A stretch of DNA of 64,000 nt, taken from a virus. Each line of letters begins with the position of its first letter. The stretch's first letter is position 1. This document shows, one piece after another, positions 1-9,009 of this stretch. A program made the position numbers and the translations under genes. The stretch lies in the IMG/VR virus record IMGVR_UViG_3300003322_000423, positions 1 through 64,000 of that record, one strand, 5' to 3'. Below the pieces are notes generated by a model that was not told the DNA's origin, made no database searches, and saw nothing but the letters and a program-made list of their open reading frames with translations.

Positions 1-10
1 CGATCTTGAA

Positions 11-31
11 AAGCCCCTCCTGAGAGGGGCT
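11..31 (-). terminator. Intrinsic terminator-like hairpin ending the leftward early operon
   Basis: AGCCCCTC-CT-GAGAGGGGCT inverted repeat, followed by a U-run on the minus strand. Confidence 0.65.
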
Positions 32-52
32 GATGATCTTGTGGTTGTCAGC

Positions 53-232
53 TCAGGTGCTGTCAGGGATGCGGGTTGCCGGGTACTCGATGCTGCCCAT
101 GTAGCCCTTGCAATCCCAGAACTGAATCTCCCCGTCACCGGAGATCTCGACAGCACGGCCGTCATGCAGCCACACTGTGAACGATTCGTCGTCCTTGGAC
201 AGGGTAACGTCTTCAATCTTCGCTGTTGCCAT
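53..232 (-). CDS. Small hypothetical protein (59 aa, MATAKIEDVT...), below the ORF-track cutoff
   Basis: Open frame read by hand; GGAGAG plus TGATCACCATG start motif shared with neighbours. Confidence 0.75.
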   Translation of the reverse strand: MATAKIEDVTLSKDDESFTVWLHDGRAVEISGDGEIQFWDCKGYMGSIEYPATRIPDST

Positions 233-241
233 GGTGATCAG

Positions 242-436
242 TCACTCTCCCTTGAGTTCGTCAAGGCTGAGGGCGGTTTCGGTGCTGTCGATGCCGTCAT
301 CCCAGCACACCGTGAACAGGGTCGTCCCGCTAGGACCGGTCGTGGTCCGCAGGATACGGCCATGGTTCGGTTCGTCTCCCCAGATGTTGTCAGGGACGAT
401 GTCTCCGACGCTGTATTTGCTCAGGCTCACTGCCAT
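242..436 (-). CDS. Small hypothetical protein (possible SH3-like beta barrel)
   Basis: ORF with GGAG and TGATCACCATG start; YSVGDIV...V.WDDG pattern. Confidence 0.7.
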   Translation of the reverse strand: MAVSLSKYSVGDIVPDNIWGDEPNHGRILRTTTGPSGTTLFTVCWDDGIDSTETALSLDELKGE

Positions 437-441
437 GGTGA

Positions 442-606
442 TCACTTGCTCCCGAACGAGTTGGTGTGCCAGATCAGGTACCGCAGAGCCCTCAGGTCGT
501 TCTGTGCGAGGCGTCCGAGGTTCTCCCGGACCACTGTGTCGCGAGCTGTGGTGACTTCACCTGTGGTGAGGTTGATGCTGTCTCCGGCCTTGAGGACGGT
601 GCTCAT
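442..606 (-). CDS. Small hypothetical protein (MSTVLKAG...)
   Basis: GGGAG-TGATCACC-ATG start directly downstream of a promoter. Confidence 0.7.
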   Translation of the reverse strand: MSTVLKAGDSINLTTGEVTTARDTVVRENLGRLAQNDLRALRYLIWHTNSFGSK

Positions 607-649
607 GGTGATCACTCCCTGATCCGGTGTCTCGTTGCCTTGTGCTTTT

Positions 650-678
650 AATATACCCCGGGCGACGTGCTGTGTAAA
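650..678 (-). promoter_or_regulatory. sigma70/HrdB-type promoter
   Basis: TTTACA-17 bp-TATATT on the minus strand. Confidence 0.75.
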
Positions 679-814
679 CAGATCAAGCTGATCTGTTTCA
701 AGATCTTCTGGACAGAGCAAGCGCTTATTCAGTTGATCATGGTCAAGGTCCAAAAATGATCGATCGTCCATTCAGCAAGCTAAATACACAAATGGCAGTA
801 CAAAGGGCAGTACA

Positions 815-833
815 AAGGGCCCTTTCGGGCCCT
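815..833 (-). terminator. Terminator-like hairpin
   Basis: AGGGCCC-TTTC-GGGCCCT, followed by TT on the minus strand. Confidence 0.55.
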
Positions 834-846
834 GAGAGGAGATCGG

Positions 847-1029
847 TCACCGCCACCTGTAGGTGAACTCATGTACGTTTTCCCAGCCTCCCTCAGAGCG
901 CCTGCGGTGAGCGAAGAGGGTGGTGATGCCGTAGCGGTGATTCACGTCCCGGATGATGCGGTACAGGTTGCCGTTGACCTTGAGGTAGCGCTCATCGTCT
1001 GCGATCTCGAAGCGCTTCAGGGTGGCCAT
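847..1029 (-). CDS. Small hypothetical protein (MATLKRFEI...)
   Basis: ORF with TGATCACCATG start, coupled to the upstream stop. Confidence 0.7.
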   Translation of the reverse strand: MATLKRFEIADDERYLKVNGNLYRIIRDVNHRYGITTLFAHRRRSEGGWENVHEFTYRWR

Positions 1030-1034
1030 GGTGA

Positions 1035-1205
1035 TCACTCACCTTCCGCGTAGAAGTAGATGCTGCCGTCACTGGCGTACTCGCCGACGATCACGCCGTC
1101 CTCGTTGCGGTAGTACTCGTCCCACGGGTCGTACGCGGTGAAGGGGACAGGCTCCGGGTCGTAAGTCTGGGTCTGGGTCTGGGTCTGGTTCTCGGTGCTG
1201 TTCAT
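1035..1205 (-). CDS. Small acidic hypothetical protein (56 aa, QT repeats)
   Basis: Read by hand: MNSTENQTQTQTQTYDPE...; GGGAG-TGATCAAG-ATG start. Confidence 0.7.
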   Translation of the reverse strand: MNSTENQTQTQTQTYDPEPVPFTAYDPWDEYYRNEDGVIVGEYASDGSIYFYAEGE

Positions 1206-1243
1206 CTTGATCACTCCCTGTCCTTGTTCTTCCTTATGCTTCT

Positions 1244-1271
1244 AATATACCCCGGTTCCGCGCGGATGCAA
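1244..1271 (-). promoter_or_regulatory. sigma70-type promoter
   Basis: TTGCAT-16 bp-TATATT; shares CCGGGGTATATTA with the 650-678 promoter. Confidence 0.65.
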
Positions 1272-1345
1272 CCCCCTGGGCGAATCTTTTCCAAGATTCT
1301 TTTCCCAGGGAGTGCGGCTGTCCAGGGGCGCTGTGCGCGTGCTGG

Positions 1346-1594
1346 CTACCGGGTGAACGCACCCTCTATGTAGTCCCCCGTGGAGGGCACATACACGTCC
1401 TTGTGGCCCAGCACGAGGTAGAAGCCGTTCGCTTCGTCCCAATCCCAGCACACGCTGTCTTTCTGGCCCTTCGTGCTGTCGCACCAGGACACGGACGGGT
1501 GGCGCTCAGGACGCGTCGTGTTCGCGTGGGAGGTGGCTGTGGAGAGTACCGCCAGGATCAGAGCTGCGATCGCGGTGGCTGTCTTCTTGATCAT
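1346..1594 (-). CDS. Small secreted protein
   Basis: Sec-type signal peptide MIKKTATAIAALILAVLSTATSHA; GGAGAGG RBS. Confidence 0.7.
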   Translation of the reverse strand: MIKKTATAIAALILAVLSTATSHANTTRPERHPSVSWCDSTKGQKDSVCWDWDEANGFYLVLGHKDVYVPSTGDYIEGAFTR

Positions 1595-1624
1595 CGTCTT
1601 GCCTCTCCGTGTGTTCCTGGTTCT

Positions 1625-1653
1625 GTTATACCACTGTCCCTGTCCGGTGTAAA
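1625..1653 (-). promoter_or_regulatory. sigma70-type promoter
   Basis: TTTACA-17 bp-TATAAC. Confidence 0.75.
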
Positions 1654-1777
1654 CACAGAATCTCAAGATCTTGCTGCGTGATCTTGCAATCGTTAGCTTT
1701 GCTCACAAAGGCAATTCGCCGGCTGTTCATGTTGATCTTGAAACGGGCTGCGAAACGATCTTGATACGAGTGATGAT

Positions 1778-2365
1778 ATGATGGGTCGTCAGCAGAACAC
1801 TTATGGAGTGGAACAGAGCATGAACAAAGAACAGGAGTGGCACCGTAAGCAGCAAGCGTATGACATGCGATTACGCGGCAAGACGTACCGGGTGATAGCT
1901 GATGAACTCGGTGTCGGTGTCGGAACGGTTCACAGATGGGTGCAAGAGGTACTCGACTCCATCGTGCTGCCCACGGTCGAAGCTGTCCGCAAGCAAGAGG
2001 TCGACAGACTCATGCGCTATCTCGATGTGCTTGACACCAGGATAGAAGACGGCGACGACAAGGCAGTTGGTCTTGCGCTCAAGGTGTCCGAGAGACTCGC
2101 TAAGATGCTCGGCGTCGATATGCCCACACAGGTACAGGTCGAGCGTACCGAAGTCACTCAAGTGGATCTGGCCATACGGGACTTGATAAGCAGTCAGGCT
2201 GCTAAGAACCGTGCCCGTCTTGAGGCTGCGTCACATATCAGATCATCAGGTGACACACCATCACATGTTGATGTTTCAACTGATGACATGTCAACTGACT
2301 ACACATCAACTGATGTTGTCTCAACTGATGAGCTGTCAGTTGAACGTATCGTGTTCGACAACTGA
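1778..2365 (+). CDS. HTH DNA-binding protein, putative terminase small subunit
   Basis: N-terminal HTH (YRVIADELGVGVGTVHRWV) followed by helices ending ERLAKMLGVD, a layout typical of phage small terminases; same strand as terL. Start may be 1820. Confidence 0.6.
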   Translation: MMGRQQNTYGVEQSMNKEQEWHRKQQAYDMRLRGKTYRVIADELGVGVGTVHRWVQEVLDSIVLPTVEAVRKQEVDRLMRYLDVLDTRIEDGDDKAVGLALKVSERLAKMLGVDMPTQVQVERTEVTQVDLAIRDLISSQAAKNRARLEAASHIRSSGDTPSHVDVSTDDMSTDYTSTDVVSTDELSVERIVFDN

Positions 2366-2460
2366 CACAAGATCAAACTGATAGATCGTCAACTGGCGTT
2401 GTGCTGGCCAGGGTTGCGATTTGGACCAAGATCATTTGTAGCTGAAGGGCCGTCAACTGC
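2276..2460. repeat. Phased TCAACTGA repeats (15-bp period)
   Basis: Copies at 2276, 2291, 2306, 2321, inverted at 2336, degenerate near 2359, 2375, 2389, 2453. Confidence 0.85.
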
Positions 2461-2854
2461 CCGTTATATCACGCCCCTTTATGCAGGGGCCGTTGCACTG
2501 TAGATCATTTAGGAGGGGCTGTTATGTCCACGCGCGTATCTGAACACACATCACCTGAGATCGACTCAGATCCGGTGCCGACCATGGCGGTTGTGGCTGA
2601 GGCCGATGATACGGCTGATACCGATGACGGCGTTTACATCTCCCACGCCCTCTTGAACCAGCTTGTACGTACGGCGTCTTACAACCGGGGCGTTCACTGC
2701 TCTTCCTGCCGCTGTACCCCGTCTGCCTAGCCTTTGCCTTGCTCACCCTTCAAGCGCCTTTCCCACAGCGAGAGGCGCTTTCTCTTTGCCCCGTTCCCAG
2801 GGTTGCCATTGTCTTTGTGCACTTACCCCGCATTGCACTCACACCCCCTCTTGC

Positions 2855-3037
2855 ATACACCTACACATATACACCTACCTGCATATACGTACATACACAT
2901 ATACGCATACATACACATACATACGTACATACATACACATATACATACATATACATATATACATACATACCTATACACATAGTGCATATACATACATATA
3001 CCATATACACATATACATATATACATAATAATACATT
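2855..3037. repeat. Degenerate (CATA/TACA)n microsatellite-like tract
   Basis: About 180 bp of A/C/T tetramer-like repeats with very few G on the + strand. Confidence 0.95.
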
Positions 3038-3084
3038 CATCAATTCACATTTCCAATTTCGTTTTGCCCGAAAAATTCAGAGTT

Positions 3085-3385
3085 GAGAAAAGGAAATGCG
3101 GTGATGAGAGATGATGGGATGACGAGTGGAGAGTGGTGGTGGCAGTGGAGTGGTGGTGGATGGACGGAGTGTGGTGATGGAGTGTCAGGGCAAGGAGTGA
3201 TGGACAGTCAGAGAGTGATGGGATGGAAGGTGACAGGGTGACAGAAGTGATGGTGAGTCAGATGTGATGGGATGTCAGGAGAGGAGAGGGACAGATGTGA
3301 TGGTGTGTCAGATGGTGACAGGGTGAGAGGTGATGAGCAGTCAGAGCTGACGGGGCATAAGCTGACGAGTGGTGAGAGGATCATG
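3085..3385. repeat. G/A/T-rich low-complexity tract (GTGATG/GGAGTG/GACAG units)
   Basis: About 300 bp strongly C-depleted on the + strand. Confidence 0.85.
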
Positions 3386-3481
3386 GGCATACCCCTGGGG
3401 GGTATTTACGGGATCTTGATAGCGGGGGGAGAGCCGATTTTTGTGCGACCAAAATTTTGAAATGTTTGTGCTACGGTGTAA

Positions 3482-6400
3482 TTATATGCCGTCTCCGTTC
3501 ATCGCACATGTGAAGCATCCGTCGTCGCACGCGAACCCATGCCTGTGAGGTTCCTCATATCCGCATCCGGGGTCGTCGATGCAGTCCGGGTACGGGCACT
3601 CACATATCCAAGGGTAGTAGATCCCGCAGCTTCCGGGTACATCTATGAATTTTCTGTGTACGGGGCAGTCTTCAGCGTTCATCAGAGGGCTCTACTTTCA
3701 CAAGACAACGCCAGCAATAGGCACCGTATCCTCCGGACACCCAGTACTTGTGTCTGCACAGAATACCCCCTAGTACTACCATGTAAAAAGTCTTCCACCA
3801 GACTTGTTTTTCGAAATCTTCGACTTCCCCGCTCCGGGGGACTAGTATCTTTTTATTCATTCGTTGTCCGTTGTGTCCAGGTTTCGGGCGATGTTGTCCA
3901 CAGCTTCGGTCACACGGTCTGTGGCATCAAGATATCCGGCTATGTAACATGCCCGGACAAGGTCCATGTGGTTTTCGATAAACAGTTCTTTGTTGTCCGT
4001 CCAGGCTGAGGGTATACCTTCATCCCATACAATAGCCAGATGACGGGATATTTCAGCCATGTGCTCTTCGAATTCAGTCATCTTTATCCTTGGATTGTTT
4101 CTCCATACGGGGCCAGGTGAGTCCGCAGCCACAGGTCTTGCCGGAGTGGCACAGACACTCGCAATGCCCGATTACCACGCAGTCAGGGTTATCACATTCT
4201 TCATAATCGCAGTACCCCATCAAATACCCTCCGTAGCAGAGGTACACCTTGCAGTTCTCGTGATTATGGGTCATCAGTTTCCTACTCTGGCCATGGCTCA
4301 TCTTCTACGTGACAGATGCAGTCACACCGGTATGGGTACAACACCTCTCCATCGTCGTCTATTATCATGTTACCCCACTGGCAGCAGTCATGAATTACAG
4401 TCATTACAGTCATTACAGTCTCCACAGGCATCAAGGTCAGACGCGTCTACAGCTCCGCAAGTTTCCTCTACCTTACAACAGGATTTTGAGTTGGTGTAAC
4501 CTCCTGGGCCGCAGGAACACCAGACCGAGGGGCGGGCGCAGTCTGCTGGACCGGCAGGACATACGCAGGAGCCGCCTGGGGCGCAAGGGTCCACGGCTCC
4601 GCAAGTACCCCTGTGTGCTGCGAAGTGCTCCAGTCTCTCTACAAAACTTATGAGCACACTCATGGCGGATATACGGCCCTCGGGGGTTTTCCGACCTTCC
4701 CAGTCGCACACCATGGTCATGAACCTCATGCGCTGTTCAGGAGTCATTACACATGTCCTCTTCCCGGATGTATCTGAGGGATTCGTCCCCGCCACCACAA
4801 ACATCTTCGTCAGGGTCTTCCATTTGAGGGTCTCCGTGTTCCGGGCAGTCGGGGTGAGCATAGGCAATCCCGACATGACCGTATTCAGGGAATCCTATAT
4901 CGGCAGGGGTCAGACATAGACCATTGCACTCAGAGGTAATCATTGGTCCCCTTTATTTGTTCAGCAGCAGCGTCAGTACGACAACCTGTAGTATGACACC
5001 TGTCACAGCACAGAAAGTACGTAGAATCTCTGCCGCATGGCGGATGTTCTTGTTATGGATAACAGTTTCTAAGCGGTCATTCATAGGTCTCCTAGGGGTT
5101 GGTATGGGATTAAAACCCACATTTAGGGCAAGGTTCAGTCTCCAGCTCGGCGCATTTGTCACAGCTCAGAGGTGTACCGGAGGGATGGTCTATACCTACA
5201 AGCCTGGCTCCGCATAACGCGTATGTTTCAAAAGGTATGTTTACCGGAAAACAAACCCAGCAGACTATGTGGACCGGTAATTCTGAGCCTGTGAGGGAAA
5301 TTTCTATGGCCTCAGCCAGTTCGGTGTTCATTCTGCTCCAGATACCGGGTTATCGCGTCTTGAATACACTCTTGCGAGGGTACACATGAGCCATGGCGAT
5401 TCAGCAGTGTCGGGTAGGCATTGGTCATAAGAAAGTTATCCACCGGGTCCGACCAGGACTTCGGCTCCCAGCCAGTCATGTTATCGTCTCGATTACACAT
5501 CAGGACTCCAGTTCGTCAATACAGTCCCAGCACAACAGCCATTTATCACCCCTGTGCCAGTCTGGGGAGTCCCGCCACTCGAACCCATTTGGGTTGGTGT
5601 CGGTACTATCGCTTACGTCCTCCGGATGAAACGATTTGCCCTCTTCACAATTGTCACAATGCACCCAGGCTTCAAACGAGATGCCCATGTCAATTACTTG
5701 AACTTTCGTAGCCTATAGGATAGTCGTCGGAATTATCGTGATCAAGGTCACCGGGATGGCTGTCTGTTCTGCATTCAATATGATCTGTATAACGATCGTG
5801 GTAAAAGCACCAGATTCGAGTTTCACACATTTGTCGCTCCGTCACCAGTTTTCATACTGTCGTACGCCCGCCCATCGTGACACATCACCCCATTTGTCTT
5901 CGAACCACTCACCTTGATCATCTATACTCTTGCCCGTGGCTATCCAGGTGAAAGGGCTGAGGACAATTAGAAACATTGCTCCTAGTAGCATAAATGGCAA
6001 TAGCAGGATATAAGCGATACGGCGAAATACAGCGTCAGTTTTCCTCACAAAGACGCTCCACTCTTATGGTTATCTTACTGTCTTCGGCTTCTTGGTATTG
6101 TTCCGACAGGAAGTGAGGCAAGTCAACCAGGTTGTTCTGGTCTATCTCAGCACCTTCCCAGGGATCGGTTGTGTCATAGTCCTTCTGAAGGGTTGTCTCG
6201 TCGACATCGTAGTAGTAGGTCACAGTCACATGAAAACGGTACATCAGGATTCCTCACGTAGTTTGCAGTCGGGGCAGAAAGCGGGCATCTCGGGATCATC
6301 CGACACCCACCAGTGTTGTTCTCTGGCTCGTATCGCTAGCTCGTCCCGACCAGGGGTGTACACCACACCCCGCCAATTAGCCAGAAACACCCCACAGTCG

Positions 6401-6963
6401 TCGCACACCAGGTATAGAGCCCTACGCGTTGTCATAGCTTGCCATTTTCTTGATTGCATAGGTGGTCATGTTCATCCGACATGGTATGCAAATATCCGTC
6501 GGTACCAAAGCTACAGTGTGGCCGTCATCATCCAAGTCAAAGGTCCATGGTGGACCCCCGTGCAACCCAAAACAGAGGCAGCATATGTCTTGGTCGAAGC
6601 CGAGACCCTGAAAGTGACGCATCAAAATCTCCCGTGTTTTACGTGATCGTTCCATCGTAAGACATAGTCATACCCCTTGTCGAACTCTTGGGTAACTTGA
6701 TTCGTGTAGCAGCTCTTCTGACCACAATTGCGCATGAGCCATACGTACTTCTGATTCTTTTTCCGGATGTTGCCCATATCTATCGAGAAATGACGTCCGA
6801 ACGACATATAGAACTCGAAGTTTCCTAGTTGTACGTTGATTGTCCAGTGGTCGGCATTCGTCGGGGTGGTGCCCCCGATGTAAACGCTGTACCACTTGAA
6901 ACAATCGGCCGTGGCGAACACCGTCCAGGTACCCAGGTTTCGGTTACGCTTGAAGAACTTCAC
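3482..6963 (-). other. Tight array of about 15-18 small leftward ORFs, many with CxxC/Zn-ribbon motifs
   Basis: Abutting or overlapping ORFs (e.g. 3482-3682, 3672-3860, 4074-4301, 4737-4943, 5110-5331, 5500-5688, 5842-6048, 6035-6244, 6244-6459) with ATGA-type overlaps. Confidence 0.7.
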
Positions 6964-7292
6964 TCGGGCTTCCGTTTCTTGGACCAGTAACGGTCCCGGG
7001 ACTTCGTCTTGTAGTACTCCCGGAGACTCTCGTTCTCCTTGTACCGCTGGTTCTGGTACTCGTTCCACGCGGCCGTACACGGCTCACAGCGGCAATTCCA
7101 GTTGGCGTACGTGGATTTCCTGCCATGTCGGTCTTCAGGGAGCGTAGAGGGGTCTCTCTGCCTTCTCCTGCGGTCGCAGCGCCTTGCGTTGGCAGCCTTG
7201 CATACCTCACACCGGCATCCGTGATGGGAGTAGCAGGTTCCCGAGGCTTTTCGTGGGCAATCCGGATCACACCGGAATGTGTCGTCAGTCAT
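6960..7292 (-). CDS. Zn-binding putative DNA-binding protein with two H/G...CRCxxC motifs; leaderless
   Basis: YSHHGCRCEVC and HGRKSTYANWNCRCEPC; basic C-terminus. Confidence 0.7.
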   Translation of the reverse strand: MTDDTFRCDPDCPRKASGTCYSHHGCRCEVCKAANARRCDRRRRQRDPSTLPEDRHGRKSTYANWNCRCEPCTAAWNEYQNQRYKENESLREYYKTKSRDRYWSKKRKPE

Positions 7293-7298
7293 GCTTAT

Positions 7299-7327
7299 AC
7301 TGTATCACTCACAATCGCACGTGTCAA
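7299..7327 (-). promoter_or_regulatory. Promoter for a leaderless mRNA
   Basis: TTGACA-17 bp-TACAGT with TGn extension, 6 nt before the ATG at 7292. Confidence 0.75.
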
Positions 7328-7504
7328 GGTCGGATTCACAGAATCCGTCACATGCACCCGAGTTGTTGTTTACATGGTCTTCTTTACAGCAACGGCAGCA
7401 ATCGCAGTCGAGAAAATCCCATGACAGTTCTTCACGCACACAAACCACCCCTATTGGCCACACGGCTTTGACAGGGGTGGTTTGTGTTTAAACGACAGGC
7501 TAAG

Positions 7505-7726
7505 TCAGTCAAGATCGGCTCCATGAATACGGTTCCAAAGGACGTCATCCAGGATGAGCCACAACAGCTTGGTTTCCCGGGGTATGAACCCTGTCTCCCG
7601 CCAGTTCATGAACGTCGTGGGTGTCATACCCATGTGCTTGTACAGATCATCCCTGGTCAGGTTGTCGGTGGCCAACCACTCATCAAGCTTGGCCAACAGG
7701 TATTTCTGCCAGTCTTCGTCCGTCAT
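7505..7726 (-). CDS. Cro/Xre-like HTH protein
   Basis: LTRDDLYKHMGMTPTTFMNWRETGFIP. Confidence 0.6.
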   Translation of the reverse strand: MTDEDWQKYLLAKLDEWLATDNLTRDDLYKHMGMTPTTFMNWRETGFIPRETKLLWLILDDVLWNRIHGADLD

Positions 7727-7878
7727 GGGTCCAGCATACACGCATATGACGCCCGTGAACACACTCCCAGTCTATGTCACATGTGCAACCCATCACATTT
7801 CCGTCACAGTCCCAGCACCCTTTGCAGTTGCATGGGCTGAAGGGTCCGTGAGACACACCTTTACAGAACAATGGCTCA

Positions 7879-8370
7879 TCACTGGTTGACATTACCTGTC
7901 CAATCCAGATCACCTTCGTAGGACATACCTGGGGAGGGTTCATCCCAGGGCTGCCCGGGGCCAGTTTCGCAACCTTCCCCGCCAGGACAGTAAGGATCTT
8001 CAGGACACTTGGTATACCCGTCGGTTGTCACCGGACAGGTGGATCTGTCAGAGGGAGCAGTCTGTTTGGGCTGGCAGGGGGCTCCGTCACTACAAAACGA
8101 GGGTTTACCCGGACACTTCACCATGCCCGAGGTCGATATCAAACAATTCGAGGAATTGTCGCTGGATTTTGACGGTGAAGTCAATGTCGGCGGGGCTGTA
8201 GGGCTTGAGGAATCCGTATCGTCTATCGTAGTAGGTGTCACGGACGGTACGACCTGTGGGCGAGAATTGCTTCCCGCAATCAGCGCAACTCCAGCCACCA
8301 CTGTTATTGCGCCTAAAAGTAGAATGGCTACTGCAAACAGATTCTTCGGATTCAGATCCGGCAATTTCAT
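7879..8370 (-). CDS. Membrane-anchored protein with P/T/S linker and two Cys-rich repeats
   Basis: N-terminal TM helix; CLISTSGMVKCP...C...C and CPVTTDGYTKCP...C...C. Confidence 0.7.
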   Translation of the reverse strand: MKLPDLNPKNLFAVAILLLGAITVVAGVALIAGSNSRPQVVPSVTPTTIDDTDSSSPTAPPTLTSPSKSSDNSSNCLISTSGMVKCPGKPSFCSDGAPCQPKQTAPSDRSTCPVTTDGYTKCPEDPYCPGGEGCETGPGQPWDEPSPGMSYEGDLDWTGNVNQ

Positions 8371-8391
8371 CAGACATACTTCCTGCTATAA

Positions 8392-8613
8392 TTACTTTTT
8401 GTTCCACGGACGGTTTACATCTGTACGCCATGCGTCAGGGTCATGCTTGACAGGTACTTCGTCGGGAGAGACACCTACTGGCAAGAGGATCATCAGGAGG
8501 GACAGGGCTGCCATAGGTAGAAGTATCCATATGAACAAACCTAGCAAACCCCAGATCACTGCCCACAAACAACAGAACTGTACCCACATCTGACGCTTCT
8601 TGTTGTTGTTCAT
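8392..8613 (-). CDS. Small membrane protein
   Basis: Two hydrophobic segments; start MNNNKKRQ. Confidence 0.55.
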   Translation of the reverse strand: MNNNKKRQMWVQFCCLWAVIWGLLGLFIWILLPMAALSLLMILLPVGVSPDEVPVKHDPDAWRTDVNRPWNKK

Positions 8614-8820
8614 TGGGGCTCCAAGAGACACAGGCGATCTTGCCTGAACCTTAACTGTAGCACTAAGGAGAAGGACAATCAACCCCCAGGATTACTGCGT
8701 AGATGGTGGCCCTCACGGCTGGGACACCATAGGAGAGTGTGTAAACGGCTGTGATGACGGCAACTGCTGTGTCGAGTGTGCCGAGTGCGGTGTAAACGAC
8801 TGTTATTGCGAGGATATGTA

Positions 8821-9009
8821 ATGTATTACAGTTGCGATATATGCGGGGCAATGGTCGCCCATGACGACACAGGAAAACACGCTGATTACCATCAAATGGT
8901 GATGGAGTCCTTTGTAGGCTTCGTGGAAATAATCAAGCAGATGGCAGGGCCGGAATTCCAGGTTGTGATAGATCGCCTAGAAGGCAGGGAAACAGAAGAG
9001 GACGAGTAA
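8821..9009 (+). CDS. Small Zn-finger protein upstream of terminase
   Basis: CDICG...H...H; GAGGA RBS; abuts the terL start. Confidence 0.65.
   Translation: MYYSCDICGAMVAHDDTGKHADYHQMVMESFVGFVEIIKQMAGPEFQVVIDRLEGRETEEDE

Noticed and set aside
795-821. GGCAGTACAAAG tandem duplication
   Set aside because: Only two copies next to a terminator; no function can be supported
2855-3385. Possible CRISPR array or long inverted repeat
   Set aside because: No fixed repeat-spacer pattern, and the two tracts are not reverse complements
2663-3460. ORFs with HIYTY/YVCIC-type translations in several frames
   Set aside because: Artefacts of low-complexity repeats lacking stop codons; no RBS or protein-like composition
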